In this document: in pieces, positions 1 to 9,984 of the stretch | How the letters are laid out: the number at the start of each line of letters is the position of its first letter | How positions within the stretch are numbered: the first letter of the stretch is position 1 | Source of the DNA: a bacterium | Lineage (GTDB): Bacteria > UBA8248 > JACPRG01 > G963555815 | Direction: 5' to 3' | Length of the DNA: 64,000 nucleotides | Assembly: GCA_965218795.1 (NCBI GenBank) | Contig: OZ244653.1 | Coordinates: 2,112,001-2,176,000 of the forward strand | Made by a program: the position numbers and the translations under genes | Notes under the pieces: generated by a model | The model's input: only the letters and a program-made list of their open reading frames with translations | Told to the model about the DNA's origin: nothing | Databases searched by the model: none

Positions 1-1825
1 AAGAGATCAGCGGTTTCCCACGATAATTTTCCGGCCACCACACCCCCTCGGTAATCGTCGTAGTCTCCGGCTTGCGGGCCTGAAACGTAATTCCGCGGTC
101 TCTGTGCAAGACCCAACTCACCTCAGGGTCGATCGGCACCCGGTCTGCTGGGACGCTGTTGATCCTGACAACCCGTCCGCGAATGATCGGGGCGCTATCC
201 ATGCGAGAGACCCCGGCGGTTGACGATACGACCCTCCTGAATTCCTTCACCTGCGAGGGTTGGATGTCCAAAAAAAAGTAGGATGGCGCCACATCCGGCA
301 GTTCCGCCCGAATTCGCTCCTGAAGATTCCCTTCCACCAGGGCCACAGACACCAAGGCCGTCAAACCCAGCCCCAGCGAGAAAAACATCTTGCCCGTCAG
401 CGCTCCGGGGCGGTGCACGTTGGCGACGGCGTGACGAATCCAGGGTCTCCCGGAGCGAGGCGCTTTGGCCGCAACCCTCCTCATCAACCAGGCGGTCAGA
501 GCAAAGACGAAGACCGAGCCCGCCAATACGGCCCCAAATCCCATCGTCAAACGCAAGTCGTCCGTCATTCTCCAGGTCAGCGATACCAGGACAAGACTGA
601 CCAGGAAGGTGGCGAGTCCCGCAAGCTTTGAGGGTCGCGGAGGTCGTGGGTCCGTATATCCGCGGAACAGGCGGGCCGGCGACACCGCGCCCGCAGCGGA
701 CAGCGGTGCGATGGAGAAGGCCAGGGCCGTCAGAAGACCATATCCAGCCGCGATGGAAAGGGTCAACACGTCCGGTCGGATGCTGACCTCCAGCCGGAGC
801 ATTTCGGAAATCAGAGACGACACGGCGAAGGCAAAAACCAGGCCGGCGGCGATGCCCACAACGCTTCCCAACAGCGCCAGGGCCACCGTCTGGACCAGAT
901 AGGTCAGAAGAACGAACCGGCGGCCGGCCCCAAGGCATTTCATCGCGGCAATCGAGTTCATCCGGCCTTCCAGGTAACCTCGGACCGCCCCGGCCACGCC
1001 GATCCCTCCCAGCAGCAGAGCTGAGAGGCCGACGAGCGTCAGGTAGCGCGTCATGTTTCCGAGAAACCGCTTCAACCCCCGGTTGGCTGAATGAAAGTCC
1101 CGGACCCTCCAACCCGCATCGGGATATCCGGCCCGAAGCTCCCGCTTGACGGCTTCGAAACCTTCCGATCCCGACAGACGAACCTTGTAGAAGTAGGAAA
1201 CTACGCTTCCCGGACGGATGAGCCCGGTTTCCGGCAAACTTTTCAGGGGGACCATCAGCCGCGGCCCGAGTCGGAAAAAACGTCCGGCCTTGTCGGGTTC
1301 GCGACGGATCTCGCCCGTGATGCGAAATACAGATTGACCGATTCGAACTCGATCCCCAAGCCCGATTGAAAGACGGGCCATGAGCCCGCGATCGGCGACG
1401 GCGCCGTAAAGGCCATTCTCCTTCATCAAGGCCTGCTTCGGGCTCTTCCCTGAAGACAACTCCAACTGCCCATACAACGGGTACGAACCGTCGACGGCCT
1501 TGAGCTCAACCAAAGAGGCGCGCTCCTTCCCCGCACGGGCAAGGGTCCGCAGGGTGACGCCCTGAGCGACGCGGCCCCGCTCTTCCAGCCAATTGAGAAC
1601 GGACGGGGGCAGCGGACGGTGGGTTTGACGCACCTCGAGGTCTCCGCCCAGCAGCGTGCGGGCGTCTCTGCGCAACCCTTCCTGAACCGATTCGGAAAGC
1701 GTCCGGACGGCGGTCATGGCCCCCACCCCGAGCGCCAGGCAGGTGAGAAACAGCCAAAGGCCTCGAATCCCGCCGCGCATCTCCCGAAGGGAGACCCGAA
1801 ACGCAAGGCCAAGGTCCCGGACCAT
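1..1825 (-). CDS. ybbP: ABC transporter permease, YbbP/FtsX-like (3' end runs off the window)
   Basis: Manually read frame, absent from the ORF track because it is open at the edge. The ATG at 1825 overlaps the ybbA TGA (TGATG). It reads [40 protein letters not shown]...ARTLLGGDLEV, typical of YbbP, and sits in the classic ybbP-ybbA-tesA arrangement. Confidence 0.88.
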   Translation of the reverse strand, partial: MVRDLGLAFRVSLREMRGGIRGLWLFLTCLALGVGAMTAVRTLSESVQEGLRRDARTLLGGDLEVRQTHRPLPPSVLNWLEERGRVAQGVTLRTLARAGKERASLVELKAVDGSYPLYGQLELSSGKSPKQALMKENGLYGAVADRGLMARLSIGLGDRVRIGQSVFRITGEIRREPDKAGRFFRLGPRLMVPLKSLPETGLIRPGSVVSYFYKVRLSGSEGFEAVKRELRAGYPDAGWRVRDFHSANRGLKRFLGNMTRYLTLVGLSALLLGGIGVAGAVRGYLEGRMNSIAAMKCLGAGRRFVLLTYLVQTVALALLGSVVGIAAGLVFAFAVSSLISEMLRLEVSIRPDVLTLSIAAGYGLLTALAFSIAPLSAAGAVSPARLFRGYTDPRPPRPSKLAGLATFLVSLVLVSLTWRMTDDLRLTMGFGAVLAGSVFVFALTAWLMRRVAAKAPRSGRPWIRHAVANVHRPGALTGKMFFSLGLGLTALVSVALVEGNLQERIRAELPDVAPSYFFLDIQPSQVKEFRRVVSSTAGVSRMDSAPIIRGRVVRINSVPADRVPIDPEVSWVLHRDRGITFQARKPETTTITEGVWWPENYRGKPLIS

Positions 1826-2523
1826 CAGAGGGAGCCCTCCGGCTCGGTGGGCAGAAGGACACCGTCGCGCATGTGCAGGTGACTGTGACACCTCGGGGCG
1901 ATGGACCGGTCATGAGTGATGAACACCATGGTCGTCTTGTGTCGCTCCTGGAGGGAAAAGAGGAGATCGATGATTCGCTGTCCCGTCTCCAGATCCAGAT
2001 TGCCGGTCGGCTCATCAGCCAGCAGGATCGACGGGCGCGCGGCAAAGGCGCGGGCAATGGCCACCCGCTGCTGCTCCCCGCCGGAAAGCTGGGAGGGGTA
2101 ATGTTGGACGCGCCCTTCCAGCCCCACGGCCCGAAGGCCCTCGGCGGCCGCGTCGAATGCCTCGCTCATGCCGGCGAACTCAAGGGGCAGTGCGACGTTC
2201 TCGAGCGCAGTCATCGTAGAGACCAGATGAAAGGACTGGAAGACAATTCCGATGTGATCGCGACGTATGCGGGCCAATTCGTCTTCGTTGAGAGGCTCCA
2301 GGTCCCTCCCGGCTACATGGACCTTGCCCGAGGTCGGTTTCTCCAGACCGGAGATCACCATCAGCATGGTGGTCTTCCCCGACCCTGACGGCCCGACCAC
2401 GCTCAACGTCTCTGCCGGGGACAACCGAAGGTTGACCCCCCGAAGGATATTGACCGGGCCGCTGCCACCCGTTAACGTCAGATGGACATCGTCCAGGAGA
2501 ACAACGGGTTCCATAGGTTTCAT
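1825..2523 (-). CDS. ybbA: ABC transporter ATP-binding protein, YbbA/LolD-like
   Basis: Walker A GPSGSGKT, signature LSGGEQQR, Walker [13 protein letters not shown]. Start moved to the ATG at 2523 (MKPMEPV), which follows AGAAGGA. Confidence 0.92.
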   Translation of the reverse strand: MKPMEPVVLLDDVHLTLTGGSGPVNILRGVNLRLSPAETLSVVGPSGSGKTTMLMVISGLEKPTSGKVHVAGRDLEPLNEDELARIRRDHIGIVFQSFHLVSTMTALENVALPLEFAGMSEAFDAAAEGLRAVGLEGRVQHYPSQLSGGEQQRVAIARAFAARPSILLADEPTGNLDLETGQRIIDLLFSLQERHKTTMVFITHDRSIAPRCHSHLHMRDGVLLPTEPEGSL

Positions 2524-2563
2524 CGTCCTTCTTCGTAAATGGCTCGCCGGGACAGACAACCCG

Positions 2564-3328
2564 ATGTCAAGAATGAACCTCACACATAACGATCGATGGA
2601 CTCCCTTCCTCTACCGGCGGGCAGAGCCAAGGCCCGTCTCGGAAGCTCGCAAGCCCCTCGCAGGCGTTCTTCATACGTTGTTCGGTGTCTTGCTGTTTTT
2701 CAACCTCTTCTTTTCGACTTTTGCGGGTTCCATCCAGGCCGCATCGCCTTCCGAACGGCCGTTCATCATCGTGGCTTTCGGCGACAGCCTGACGGCCGGC
2801 TATGGTCTCCCGGCGGGCCGGGCGTTTCCTTCCCTCCTGGAAACCCTGCTGAAGAAAGACGGCTTTCAGGTGAGGGTCATCAACGCCGGGGTGTCGGGGG
2901 GCACAACGGCGGGGGGATTGTCGAGGCTCAACTGGACCCTCGAAGGTCATCCGGACCTCGTGATCATCGAACTCGGCGCCAATGACGGCCTCCGCGGGCT
3001 CAGCCCAAGGCGGACCGAGGAGAACCTGGATGCCATCCTGACCACCCTGCGGCGGCGGAAAATCGCCACCCTTCTCACGGGGATGCTCGCCCCGCCCAAT
3101 ATGGGAGAGGCCTTCTCCCGGGCCTTCAATGAAATCTTCCCCCGACTGGCCAGAAAGCATCAAGTCCCTTTTTACCCCTTCTTCCTCGCTGGTGTGGCGG
3201 GCAACGTCGAATTGAACCAATCCGACGGTATTCATCCCAACGAGAAAGGCGCGGAAATCCTGACAAGAAATCTCTATCCGCACGTAAAGAAACTGCTCCA
3301 GCCGGTCGTGGACCGTTCGTTGGAATAG
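2564..3328 (+). CDS. tesA: Arylesterase / acyl-CoA thioesterase I, GDSL(SGNH) hydrolase
   Basis: FGDSLTAGYGL, INAGVSG, ELGANDGLRG and DGIHPN blocks; hydrophobic N-terminal segment; divergent from ybbA. Start is 2564 or 2573. Confidence 0.9.
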   Translation: MSRMNLTHNDRWTPFLYRRAEPRPVSEARKPLAGVLHTLFGVLLFFNLFFSTFAGSIQAASPSERPFIIVAFGDSLTAGYGLPAGRAFPSLLETLLKKDGFQVRVINAGVSGGTTAGGLSRLNWTLEGHPDLVIIELGANDGLRGLSPRRTEENLDAILTTLRRRKIATLLTGMLAPPNMGEAFSRAFNEIFPRLARKHQVPFYPFFLAGVAGNVELNQSDGIHPNEKGAEILTRNLYPHVKKLLQPVVDRSLE

Positions 3329-3567
3329 GCCGGTTTCCCGATCGAAAATTCCCGCCCCCAGACCGCATTTTTTGCTGGAAGTCAAAACAAAGTTCGAGTA
3401 GAGTAACGACTTCAAATACTTTCGCCTTGGAGTCATACGGGTTGATGTGTGTGGTCTTGGCATCAAGGACGTATTCCGCCCGAGATAAGCAACGGCGGCA
3501 GACACGAGGCCCGATCCTCAGGGGGGGCCTCCCTGGAGACGGATATCCAGCAAAAAGGAGGGTACGG

Positions 3568-4593
3568 ATGAAAAAGCTTTTGAGCATTGTTGCTTCGGTC
3601 ATGCTCGTGGCGGCCATTTCCGCCAAGGCCGACGCAGCCAAAACGACATTCCTGCTGGACTGGATCATTTACGGCAAGCACGCCCCGTTCTTCGTTGCCC
3701 AGGACATGGGCCATTTCAAGAAACGCGGTCTGGACATCGAGTACCGGCGCGGGTTCGGCTCGGGCGACACCGTGAAGAAGATTGGCGCGAAAGTGGCGCG
3801 GATCGGCTTTGCGGACGCCGGTTCGTTGATCAACGGGCGGGCCAACAGTGACATCAAGGTAGTAGAAGTGGGGATGATCCACGCCAAGCCTATCCAGGTC
3901 GTCGCCTTTCTGAAGGAGGATAACGACTGGAAATCGCCGAAGGACATGAAAGGGGCGGAAATCGGATCGCCCGTCGGCGCTTCCACACGCGTTACCTTTC
4001 CCGCCCTGGCCGGCGCGAACGGGCTCAAGGACGGGGATATCACTTGGATCAACATGCCCTACGGCCAAGTGATCCCGTCCTTGCTGACCGGCAAGTCCGA
4101 TGCCGCCGTCTTGTTCGCCACCGAGTTGCCGACGATCTGGCCCAAGGCAAAATCAGTGGGCAAGACCGTCGGAATCTTTTACTATGGGGATTACGGCGTC
4201 GACACGTACAACAATGGCGTGATCGCCCACGAGGACATCATCAAGTCCGACCCGAAGTTCGTGCGCAACATCACCCACGCCGTCATGGACGCCTGGGCGT
4301 GGTCCGTGCTCCACGTTGACGAGGCGGTGAAGAACTTTCTCAAGTACGCGCCCGGGATGAGCGAGCCGATCATTCGCGGGCACTTCGCCATCGCCATCGA
4401 GCATCTGTTCGACGATGGTGTCAGACGGCACGGTCTGGGTTACATGGACTTCGACAAGATGGACTACTCAGTTGAAATTTTGACCAAGCTCCAGAATCTC
4501 AAAAAGCGAATCAACACCAAGGACGCGTACACGAACCGGTTCCTGCCCCAGTGGCCGGCCATCAAGGCGAAGCTGGGCGACAAGGCCCACTGA
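3568..4593 (+). CDS. NMT1/THI5-like (SsuA-type) ABC substrate-binding protein, orphan
   Basis: RBS AAGGAGG before the ATG at 3568; signal peptide MKKLLSIVASVMLVAAISAKADA; motifs LDWIIYGKHAPFFVAQDMGHFKKRGLDI, GSGDT, SPKDMKG. Confidence 0.85.
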   Translation: MKKLLSIVASVMLVAAISAKADAAKTTFLLDWIIYGKHAPFFVAQDMGHFKKRGLDIEYRRGFGSGDTVKKIGAKVARIGFADAGSLINGRANSDIKVVEVGMIHAKPIQVVAFLKEDNDWKSPKDMKGAEIGSPVGASTRVTFPALAGANGLKDGDITWINMPYGQVIPSLLTGKSDAAVLFATELPTIWPKAKSVGKTVGIFYYGDYGVDTYNNGVIAHEDIIKSDPKFVRNITHAVMDAWAWSVLHVDEAVKNFLKYAPGMSEPIIRGHFAIAIEHLFDDGVRRHGLGYMDFDKMDYSVEILTKLQNLKKRINTKDAYTNRFLPQWPAIKAKLGDKAH

Positions 4594-4645
4594 AAACCGC
4601 CCTTCGCTGAGGGGAAGGGTCACCACGAAGGGACTTGCGGTAACC

Positions 4646-5329
4646 GTGGCAAGATTCGAAGTTCGCGCGGAGCCCTTTCCGTTCGGGTTCGATCCTGAAC
4701 GGACGGGGCTCCTCGTCATCGACATGCAGAACGATTTCTGCCGCCCGGGAGGATACCTGTCCTTCCGGGCGCCGGATATCGCCCTCCTGCAGAAGCCGAT
4801 CGAACCGCTTCAGCAGGTCCTGAAGGCATGCCGGGCTCTCCACATGACGATCATGCACACGCGCGAGGGCCACCGGCCCGACCTGTCCGACTGTCCGCCG
4901 TCGAAGCTCGCGAAAAACCGCGCATTGGAATTCGGAATCGGCGACGAGGGGCCGCTGGGGAAAATCCTCATCCGGGGGTCTCGATCCCACGACTTCATCG
5001 ACGAGCTTCGCCCGGAGCCGGGAGAGATTGTCATCGATAAGCCCGGCAAGGGGGCCTTCTACGCGACCGATCTGGACCTCATCCTCCGAACCCGCGGGAT
5101 CACCCACCTCATGATCGGAGGGGTTGCTACGCATGTCTGCGTGCAGAGCACGATCCGAGAAGCGGCGGACCGAGGGTACTGGAACCTGCTGTTGGAGGAT
5201 TGCTGCGCGGCTTCGATCCCGGAGTTTCACGAAACCACGTTGGAGATGGTCAAATACGGCGGAGGGATTTTCGGGCAGGTCTCAAGCTCGGGCGCGCTTC
5301 TTCGGGCGATATCCGCGTCCGCCGTCTAG
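4646..5329 (+). CDS. Isochorismatase-fold cysteine hydrolase, biuret-hydrolase (BiuH)-like subfamily
   Basis: Asp-Lys-Cys triad (VIDMQNDF, DKPGKGAFYATDL, THVCVQST); HTREGHRPDLSD and GPLGKILIRG motifs typical of BiuH-like enzymes; GTG start. Confidence 0.85.
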   Translation: MARFEVRAEPFPFGFDPERTGLLVIDMQNDFCRPGGYLSFRAPDIALLQKPIEPLQQVLKACRALHMTIMHTREGHRPDLSDCPPSKLAKNRALEFGIGDEGPLGKILIRGSRSHDFIDELRPEPGEIVIDKPGKGAFYATDLDLILRTRGITHLMIGGVATHVCVQSTIREAADRGYWNLLLEDCCAASIPEFHETTLEMVKYGGGIFGQVSSSGALLRAISASAV

Positions 5330-6765
5330 CCCTGCGGTGAATGTTCAAAGTAGTCTTCGAGCGAAATCCGCTCCTTTCCCGACACTTCGGCGCGCCAGAA
5401 CATCTCACGGACGTCTTCCGGCAGGTCGACGCGGACCGTCGCGTCCAGGGCGATTTTGCTGCTCGGGTAAGCCTTGTGGAAGGCCGACGGGTCGGGCGAG
5501 GCCCCTTTGGCCCCCGGGACGACGAAGTACCGGGGCTCGCCGGTATGGGCGTCGATGGGCTGGAATCGGGTCGCTACGGCCCAGAGGACCTGTTGTTCGT
5601 CGAACACGTCGATGTCGTCGTCCACCACGACGGCGAACTTGATGTACGGCGCGGCGCCCAGGACTGCCAGCAGCACCGTCTTCCCCTCTCCTGTTTCGAA
5701 CCCTTCGGTCGTCGGCTTCCGCGTCATCGAAACGTAACAATGAAAACCCGCCCCGGATGGCGGCACGTGGACGGCCTTGACTGTGGGCACCACCCGCCGG
5801 ACGGCATCGTGAATGGTGGCCTCGAAAATGATGGACATCAGGTGGAGGACATCCGGGTGGCCGGAGAAGATGAATTGGTGGATGGGGTTTTCGCGGTGCG
5901 TGATCGCCCGAACGGTCACCCTCGGACCTGACTTCACCCGGCTGTAGGTCAGCGATTGGTCCGCAAACGGGGCTTCGGGATGGCGCTCGCCCGGATGGAT
6001 CTCCGCCTCGATGCACATCTCAGCCAAGGCGGGGATCATCAAGTCCACCGTTTCGCAAGGAACGATGTCCACCGCCTCCCCGCGCAATCCGCCGGCCAGG
6101 GACAACTCGTCCACGCCCATAGGCGCCCAATACGAAGCCGCCAACATCAGAAGAGGATCGATCCCCGGGAGGATGGCGATCTCCAGCGGCCGGCCCTTCT
6201 CTTCACACCGCCGGAAAATATCCGAAATGTTCGAGGTCTGAGTCAAAGACGGCACCAGGGTCTTCTCGTCCTTGACCATGAAACGGTAGACCCCCATGTC
6301 CTGCGCCCCGGTGTCGGGGTCCTTGGAGATGCACAGGCCGGCCGAGATGTACCGGGCCACGTCCTTTTCGTGGTGGTGGACGAGAGGGAGCCGGTCGAGC
6401 GTGGCGGATTCCCCGGTCAACACCTGGTCCTTCACGGGGGCCTCCGAGACAGGACGCGGCGGGATGGACCGCCCGATTCGGTCCTGGAACGCCCTCAGGA
6501 TTTCCTCCTCGGGAACGTTGAGGGCGAGTGCCACGTGACGCCGCCGGGCGAACAGGTTGCTCACGACCCGCCAGCCCGGAAGTCCTTGGACCGCCTCGAA
6601 CAACACTGCGGAAAGGTCGCCCTGTTCCTCCAGCCGGCCCAGGACCGCGCTCATCTCCCATGCGGGGTCGACCGGGCGTTTCGCCCTTTGCAGGTCTCCG
6701 TGTTCGTCCAGAATCTCGAGGTACTCACGCAGGTCTCGGTGACGGACGAGCCGGTTCTCAGCCAC
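5326..6765 (-). CDS. UbiD-family prFMN-dependent (de)carboxylase, divergent
   Basis: DLREYL N-terminus, SNLFA, GVYR, EAPFAD, VVVDDDIDVFD..VLWAVATR, KIALDAT. Confidence 0.88.
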   Translation of the reverse strand: MAENRLVRHRDLREYLEILDEHGDLQRAKRPVDPAWEMSAVLGRLEEQGDLSAVLFEAVQGLPGWRVVSNLFARRRHVALALNVPEEEILRAFQDRIGRSIPPRPVSEAPVKDQVLTGESATLDRLPLVHHHEKDVARYISAGLCISKDPDTGAQDMGVYRFMVKDEKTLVPSLTQTSNISDIFRRCEEKGRPLEIAILPGIDPLLMLAASYWAPMGVDELSLAGGLRGEAVDIVPCETVDLMIPALAEMCIEAEIHPGERHPEAPFADQSLTYSRVKSGPRVTVRAITHRENPIHQFIFSGHPDVLHLMSIIFEATIHDAVRRVVPTVKAVHVPPSGAGFHCYVSMTRKPTTEGFETGEGKTVLLAVLGAAPYIKFAVVVDDDIDVFDEQQVLWAVATRFQPIDAHTGEPRYFVVPGAKGASPDPSAFHKAYPSSKIALDATVRVDLPEDVREMFWRAEVSGKERISLEDYFEHSPQG

Positions 6766-7444
6766 GGCCGCCTCCGGAAGGTTCGGCGGAAGGAACGGAA
6801 GGCTCCGACAGCATTCCGGTGATTTCTTCCAGGGTCACCACTTGCCCGAAAAACAGATCGAAATTCTCCAAAAAGGCCTCGTTGAGATGGGGCTGCGCCG
6901 ATCCTACGGCTTCCCGGACGACATAGGTGTCATAGTTTCGGAAAAAGGCGTCCCGAACGGTGGAATCCACACAGACGTTGGTCGTCACGCCGCAAATAAT
7001 GAGCGTCCTCCTCCCGAGGATACTGAGCAAATTGTCCACCCCGGTTTGATAAAAGGCGCTGTAGCGCGGTTTGTCGATGACCCGGTCGAGGGGAACGGGA
7101 CGGATGAGAGCCCGGATCTCGTCGATGATCCCGTGATCCCAGCTTCCCTCGGTCGCATAGGGCGTCGGGAGGACGCCCCCGTGAGTTCCCGTTACATCTC
7201 CCTTGCGGGTTCCGGGCCAGACCCTCTTGGCGGCCATCCCGGCGTCGGGTGAAAAATATGTCTGCCGCGTGTAAAACCCCGGAAGCTCCCGGCTCTGGCA
7301 TTCTGAGATGAGACGCGCGACCGCCGGAATCACTGGAGCCAGCGGCGAGATGTCCACCCCGTTCCGGCTCAATCCACCTTCCGGATGCAGATAAGTGTTC
7401 TGCATGTCGATGACCACCAGGACGGCGTCGTTCTGAATTTCCAT
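6758..7444 (-). CDS. Isochorismatase-fold cysteine hydrolase (RutB / N-carbamoyl-amidase-like)
   Basis: VIDMQN, DKPRYSAF, GVTTNVCVDSTVRDA (D-K-C triad). Confidence 0.88.
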   Translation of the reverse strand: MEIQNDAVLVVIDMQNTYLHPEGGLSRNGVDISPLAPVIPAVARLISECQSRELPGFYTRQTYFSPDAGMAAKRVWPGTRKGDVTGTHGGVLPTPYATEGSWDHGIIDEIRALIRPVPLDRVIDKPRYSAFYQTGVDNLLSILGRRTLIICGVTTNVCVDSTVRDAFFRNYDTYVVREAVGSAQPHLNEAFLENFDLFFGQVVTLEEITGMLSEPSVPSAEPSGGGRG

Positions 7445-7476
7445 GCGTTTTCCGTCCTTAGACTCGACCTTCTATT

Positions 7477-9759
7477 TTACGCCGAAGTTCCCGCTTCACG
7501 GAGTGCTGCGAGAACTTTGGGGGGGGTGACCGGCAGGTCCCGGATTCTGACCCCGGTGGCGTTGAAGACCGCATTGGTGATGACCGCCCCGCAGGCGTTC
7601 AGGGCGCACTCCGAGCATCCCTTGGCGCCGTAAGGCCCGTGCGGATCGAAGGATTCGATGAGTATGGAGTTGAAATCAGGCAACCCCTCGGCCTTGGGGA
7701 GCGTGTAATCGGCGAGGCTTCCGTTCACGAACTTCCCGGCGTCCAGGACGGGATTTTCAAACATTGCGAACCCGAGCCCTTGCGCCATTTCACCGTGAAT
7801 CTGTCCCTCGACCGTCAGCGGATTGATCGCCTTGCCGAGGTCGTCCGCCACGACGACATCCCGCAAGACGATGCAACCCGTCTCCGTGTCTACCTCCACC
7901 ACCGCCACGAGGCAGGCGAACGATGCCGCCGCCGTGTTTCTGCCGTACCCGGTCTCGGGGTCGGGCATGACCGTCGGCGGATCCCACGTTGCCTGAGCCG
8001 AGACCGTCCCGCCGCCCGCCTGAACCACCTCCCCCACTGTAAGCCTTCTTTGGGGAGCGGCCTTCAGTGAGACCGCCCCCGCCTCCAACACCAGGTCGGA
8101 TGGATCCACCTCCCAGTGTTCCGCCGCCAAATCCAGCAGCCGGTTTCGGCAGTCGGCCGAAGCGAGCCGGACGGCATTTCCCGCAATCATCGTGAGGCGG
8201 CTCGCATAGCCTCCGAGGCAGAAAGGTGTCTTTTCCGTGTCGGCCGGCGAGACCTCCACATCCGGGAACTCCAGGCCAAGCTCTTCAGCAGTCATCTGCG
8301 CAAGCACGGTCTTGGCCCCCTGGCCGATCTCCCCTTCTCCGCAGATCACCCTTGCGCGTCCGTCTTCGCCGACCTCGACGGTCGCCGTCGAGCCATCCCA
8401 TCCCTCCGGAACCTCCGCGAGCGAGCGCTGCCGGACCGAGGTCGAGTGAATGGCGCAGGCAAGCCCCACCCCGGTTCGGAATCTTCCCTCCCCGCCTCCC
8501 GATCGGATTCCACCCCAATCCACGGCCTGAACCGCCTTCTCCACGCACTCGCCGACCGCGCAGCTATCCATCTTCCAGCCGTGAACGCTCGTATCGCCTT
8601 GACGGACCAGGTTCTTGAGCCTGAGCTCCGCCGGGTCCATCCCCATCATGTCGGCCATGGCATCCAGGTGGGATTCGAGCGCGGAGGCCATCTGAACGTT
8701 GCCGAACCCTCGAAAAGCGCCGGCCGGGAGGAGATTGGTGTAGGCCAGATAGGCGTCGGTCTTGACGTTCTCCATCCGGTAGAGAGAATCCATCCGGACC
8801 GCCATGCATTGTAAAACCTCGGGAGACAGACAGGAGCTCGCCCCGTTGTTGGCGTAAATCCGGGTCTCCTTGGCGGCGATTGCGCCGTCCTCCCGAAGGC
8901 CCATCCTGAGGTAGGTCTTCGTGGGCATCCGCGGCCGCGACGCGCCGAACTCGTCCAGCCGGTTTCCTATCAGGCGGACGGGTCGCCCGGTTTGAAGCGC
9001 CAGAAAGACCGTGATGAGGGCGATGTTGTCTTCGTTGAGCTTTCCCCCGAAGCCGCCTCCGACGTGAGGCTGGACGACACGAAGGTTTTCCGCAGGCAGG
9101 CTCAAGGCGTTCGTCACATACCGGTGCGTGAGGTTGATGGATTGGGTCGGAGCATAAAGCGTCACGCGGCCGCCGCCATCCGCATCCGCCAAGGCTGCCA
9201 GGGGCTCCATATAGGATTGAAACTGATGAGGCGTGGTGTAGACATCTTCGTGGATGAGAGCGGACTCTGCAAACCCGAGTTCCACGTCTCCCCTGCGGAC
9301 GTGAAGCTCCCGGGCGAGGTTGGATTCGCCGTTGATCAGGGGAGCGCCCGGCTCAAGCGCGGTCTCAGGGTCGAACACGGCCGGGATCTCTTCATATTCG
9401 GGCGCCAGCAACTCAAGGGCCTCTTCCGCTGTCTCCTCGCTTTCCGCGACGACCGCCGCCAACTCCTCGCCGACGTAGCGGATCTTCTCTCGCGCGAGGA
9501 TGTATTGGTCCTTGTGGATGATCCCCCAATGGTCATCCGGAGTGTCCAGACCGGTGAAGACGCCGACAATGCCCGGGAGGCGTGCGGCGGTTCCGGTTTC
9601 AATCCGGAGAATCCGGGCGTGGGCAAGCGGGCTGCGGAGGACCTTGGCGTGCAGCATACCGGGCAGATCGATGTCCGCCACGTACCGGGCATCGCCCCGG
9701 ACTTTGACGGGCGAATCGATTTGCGGGATGGGCCTGCCAACGACCCGAAGAGCTCCCAT
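7477..9759 (-). CDS. Xanthine dehydrogenase family molybdopterin-binding (large) subunit #1
   Basis: MLHAKVLRSPLAHA, GGGFGGK, AFRGFG, EIGQG, VEGQIHG, GAKGCSE. Confidence 0.92.
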   Translation of the reverse strand: MGALRVVGRPIPQIDSPVKVRGDARYVADIDLPGMLHAKVLRSPLAHARILRIETGTAARLPGIVGVFTGLDTPDDHWGIIHKDQYILAREKIRYVGEELAAVVAESEETAEEALELLAPEYEEIPAVFDPETALEPGAPLINGESNLARELHVRRGDVELGFAESALIHEDVYTTPHQFQSYMEPLAALADADGGGRVTLYAPTQSINLTHRYVTNALSLPAENLRVVQPHVGGGFGGKLNEDNIALITVFLALQTGRPVRLIGNRLDEFGASRPRMPTKTYLRMGLREDGAIAAKETRIYANNGASSCLSPEVLQCMAVRMDSLYRMENVKTDAYLAYTNLLPAGAFRGFGNVQMASALESHLDAMADMMGMDPAELRLKNLVRQGDTSVHGWKMDSCAVGECVEKAVQAVDWGGIRSGGGEGRFRTGVGLACAIHSTSVRQRSLAEVPEGWDGSTATVEVGEDGRARVICGEGEIGQGAKTVLAQMTAEELGLEFPDVEVSPADTEKTPFCLGGYASRLTMIAGNAVRLASADCRNRLLDLAAEHWEVDPSDLVLEAGAVSLKAAPQRRLTVGEVVQAGGGTVSAQATWDPPTVMPDPETGYGRNTAAASFACLVAVVEVDTETGCIVLRDVVVADDLGKAINPLTVEGQIHGEMAQGLGFAMFENPVLDAGKFVNGSLADYTLPKAEGLPDFNSILIESFDPHGPYGAKGCSECALNACGAVITNAVFNATGVRIRDLPVTPPKVLAALREAGTSA

Positions 9760-9932
9760 CAGGAATTTCCCCGCGACAATCAGAAAATGACGGTTCAGAG
9801 CGGCAAAGGAACAAATCGAACTCGGAATATCTGCATCCCAGAGAATCTTAAGCGAATCCCAAGAGAATTGACAGACTCGTCACGAACCAACCCATGAAGA
9901 CGATTCAATCGATTTGAAGGCTCCGAATGAAT

Positions 9933-9961
9933 ATTGTGAGATAATTATCCGATCTCTCAAT
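9933..9961. promoter_or_regulatory. Inverted repeat / candidate operator in the divergent Mo #1-aminotransferase intergenic region
   Basis: ATTGTGAGAT-N9-ATCTCTCAAT (9/10 dyad match). It overlaps AATTATCCGATC (9943-9954), a motif also found at 24231 and 34248. Confidence 0.45.
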
Positions 9962-9984
9962 GAATTCAAGCGCGGGGGCCCGAT

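Noticed and set aside
3329-3567. TPP or other riboswitch, or sigma54 promoter, upstream of the THI5-like protein
   Set aside because: No CTGAGA/TGATC TPP core is visible, and TGGCAT is not followed by a correctly spaced TTGC.
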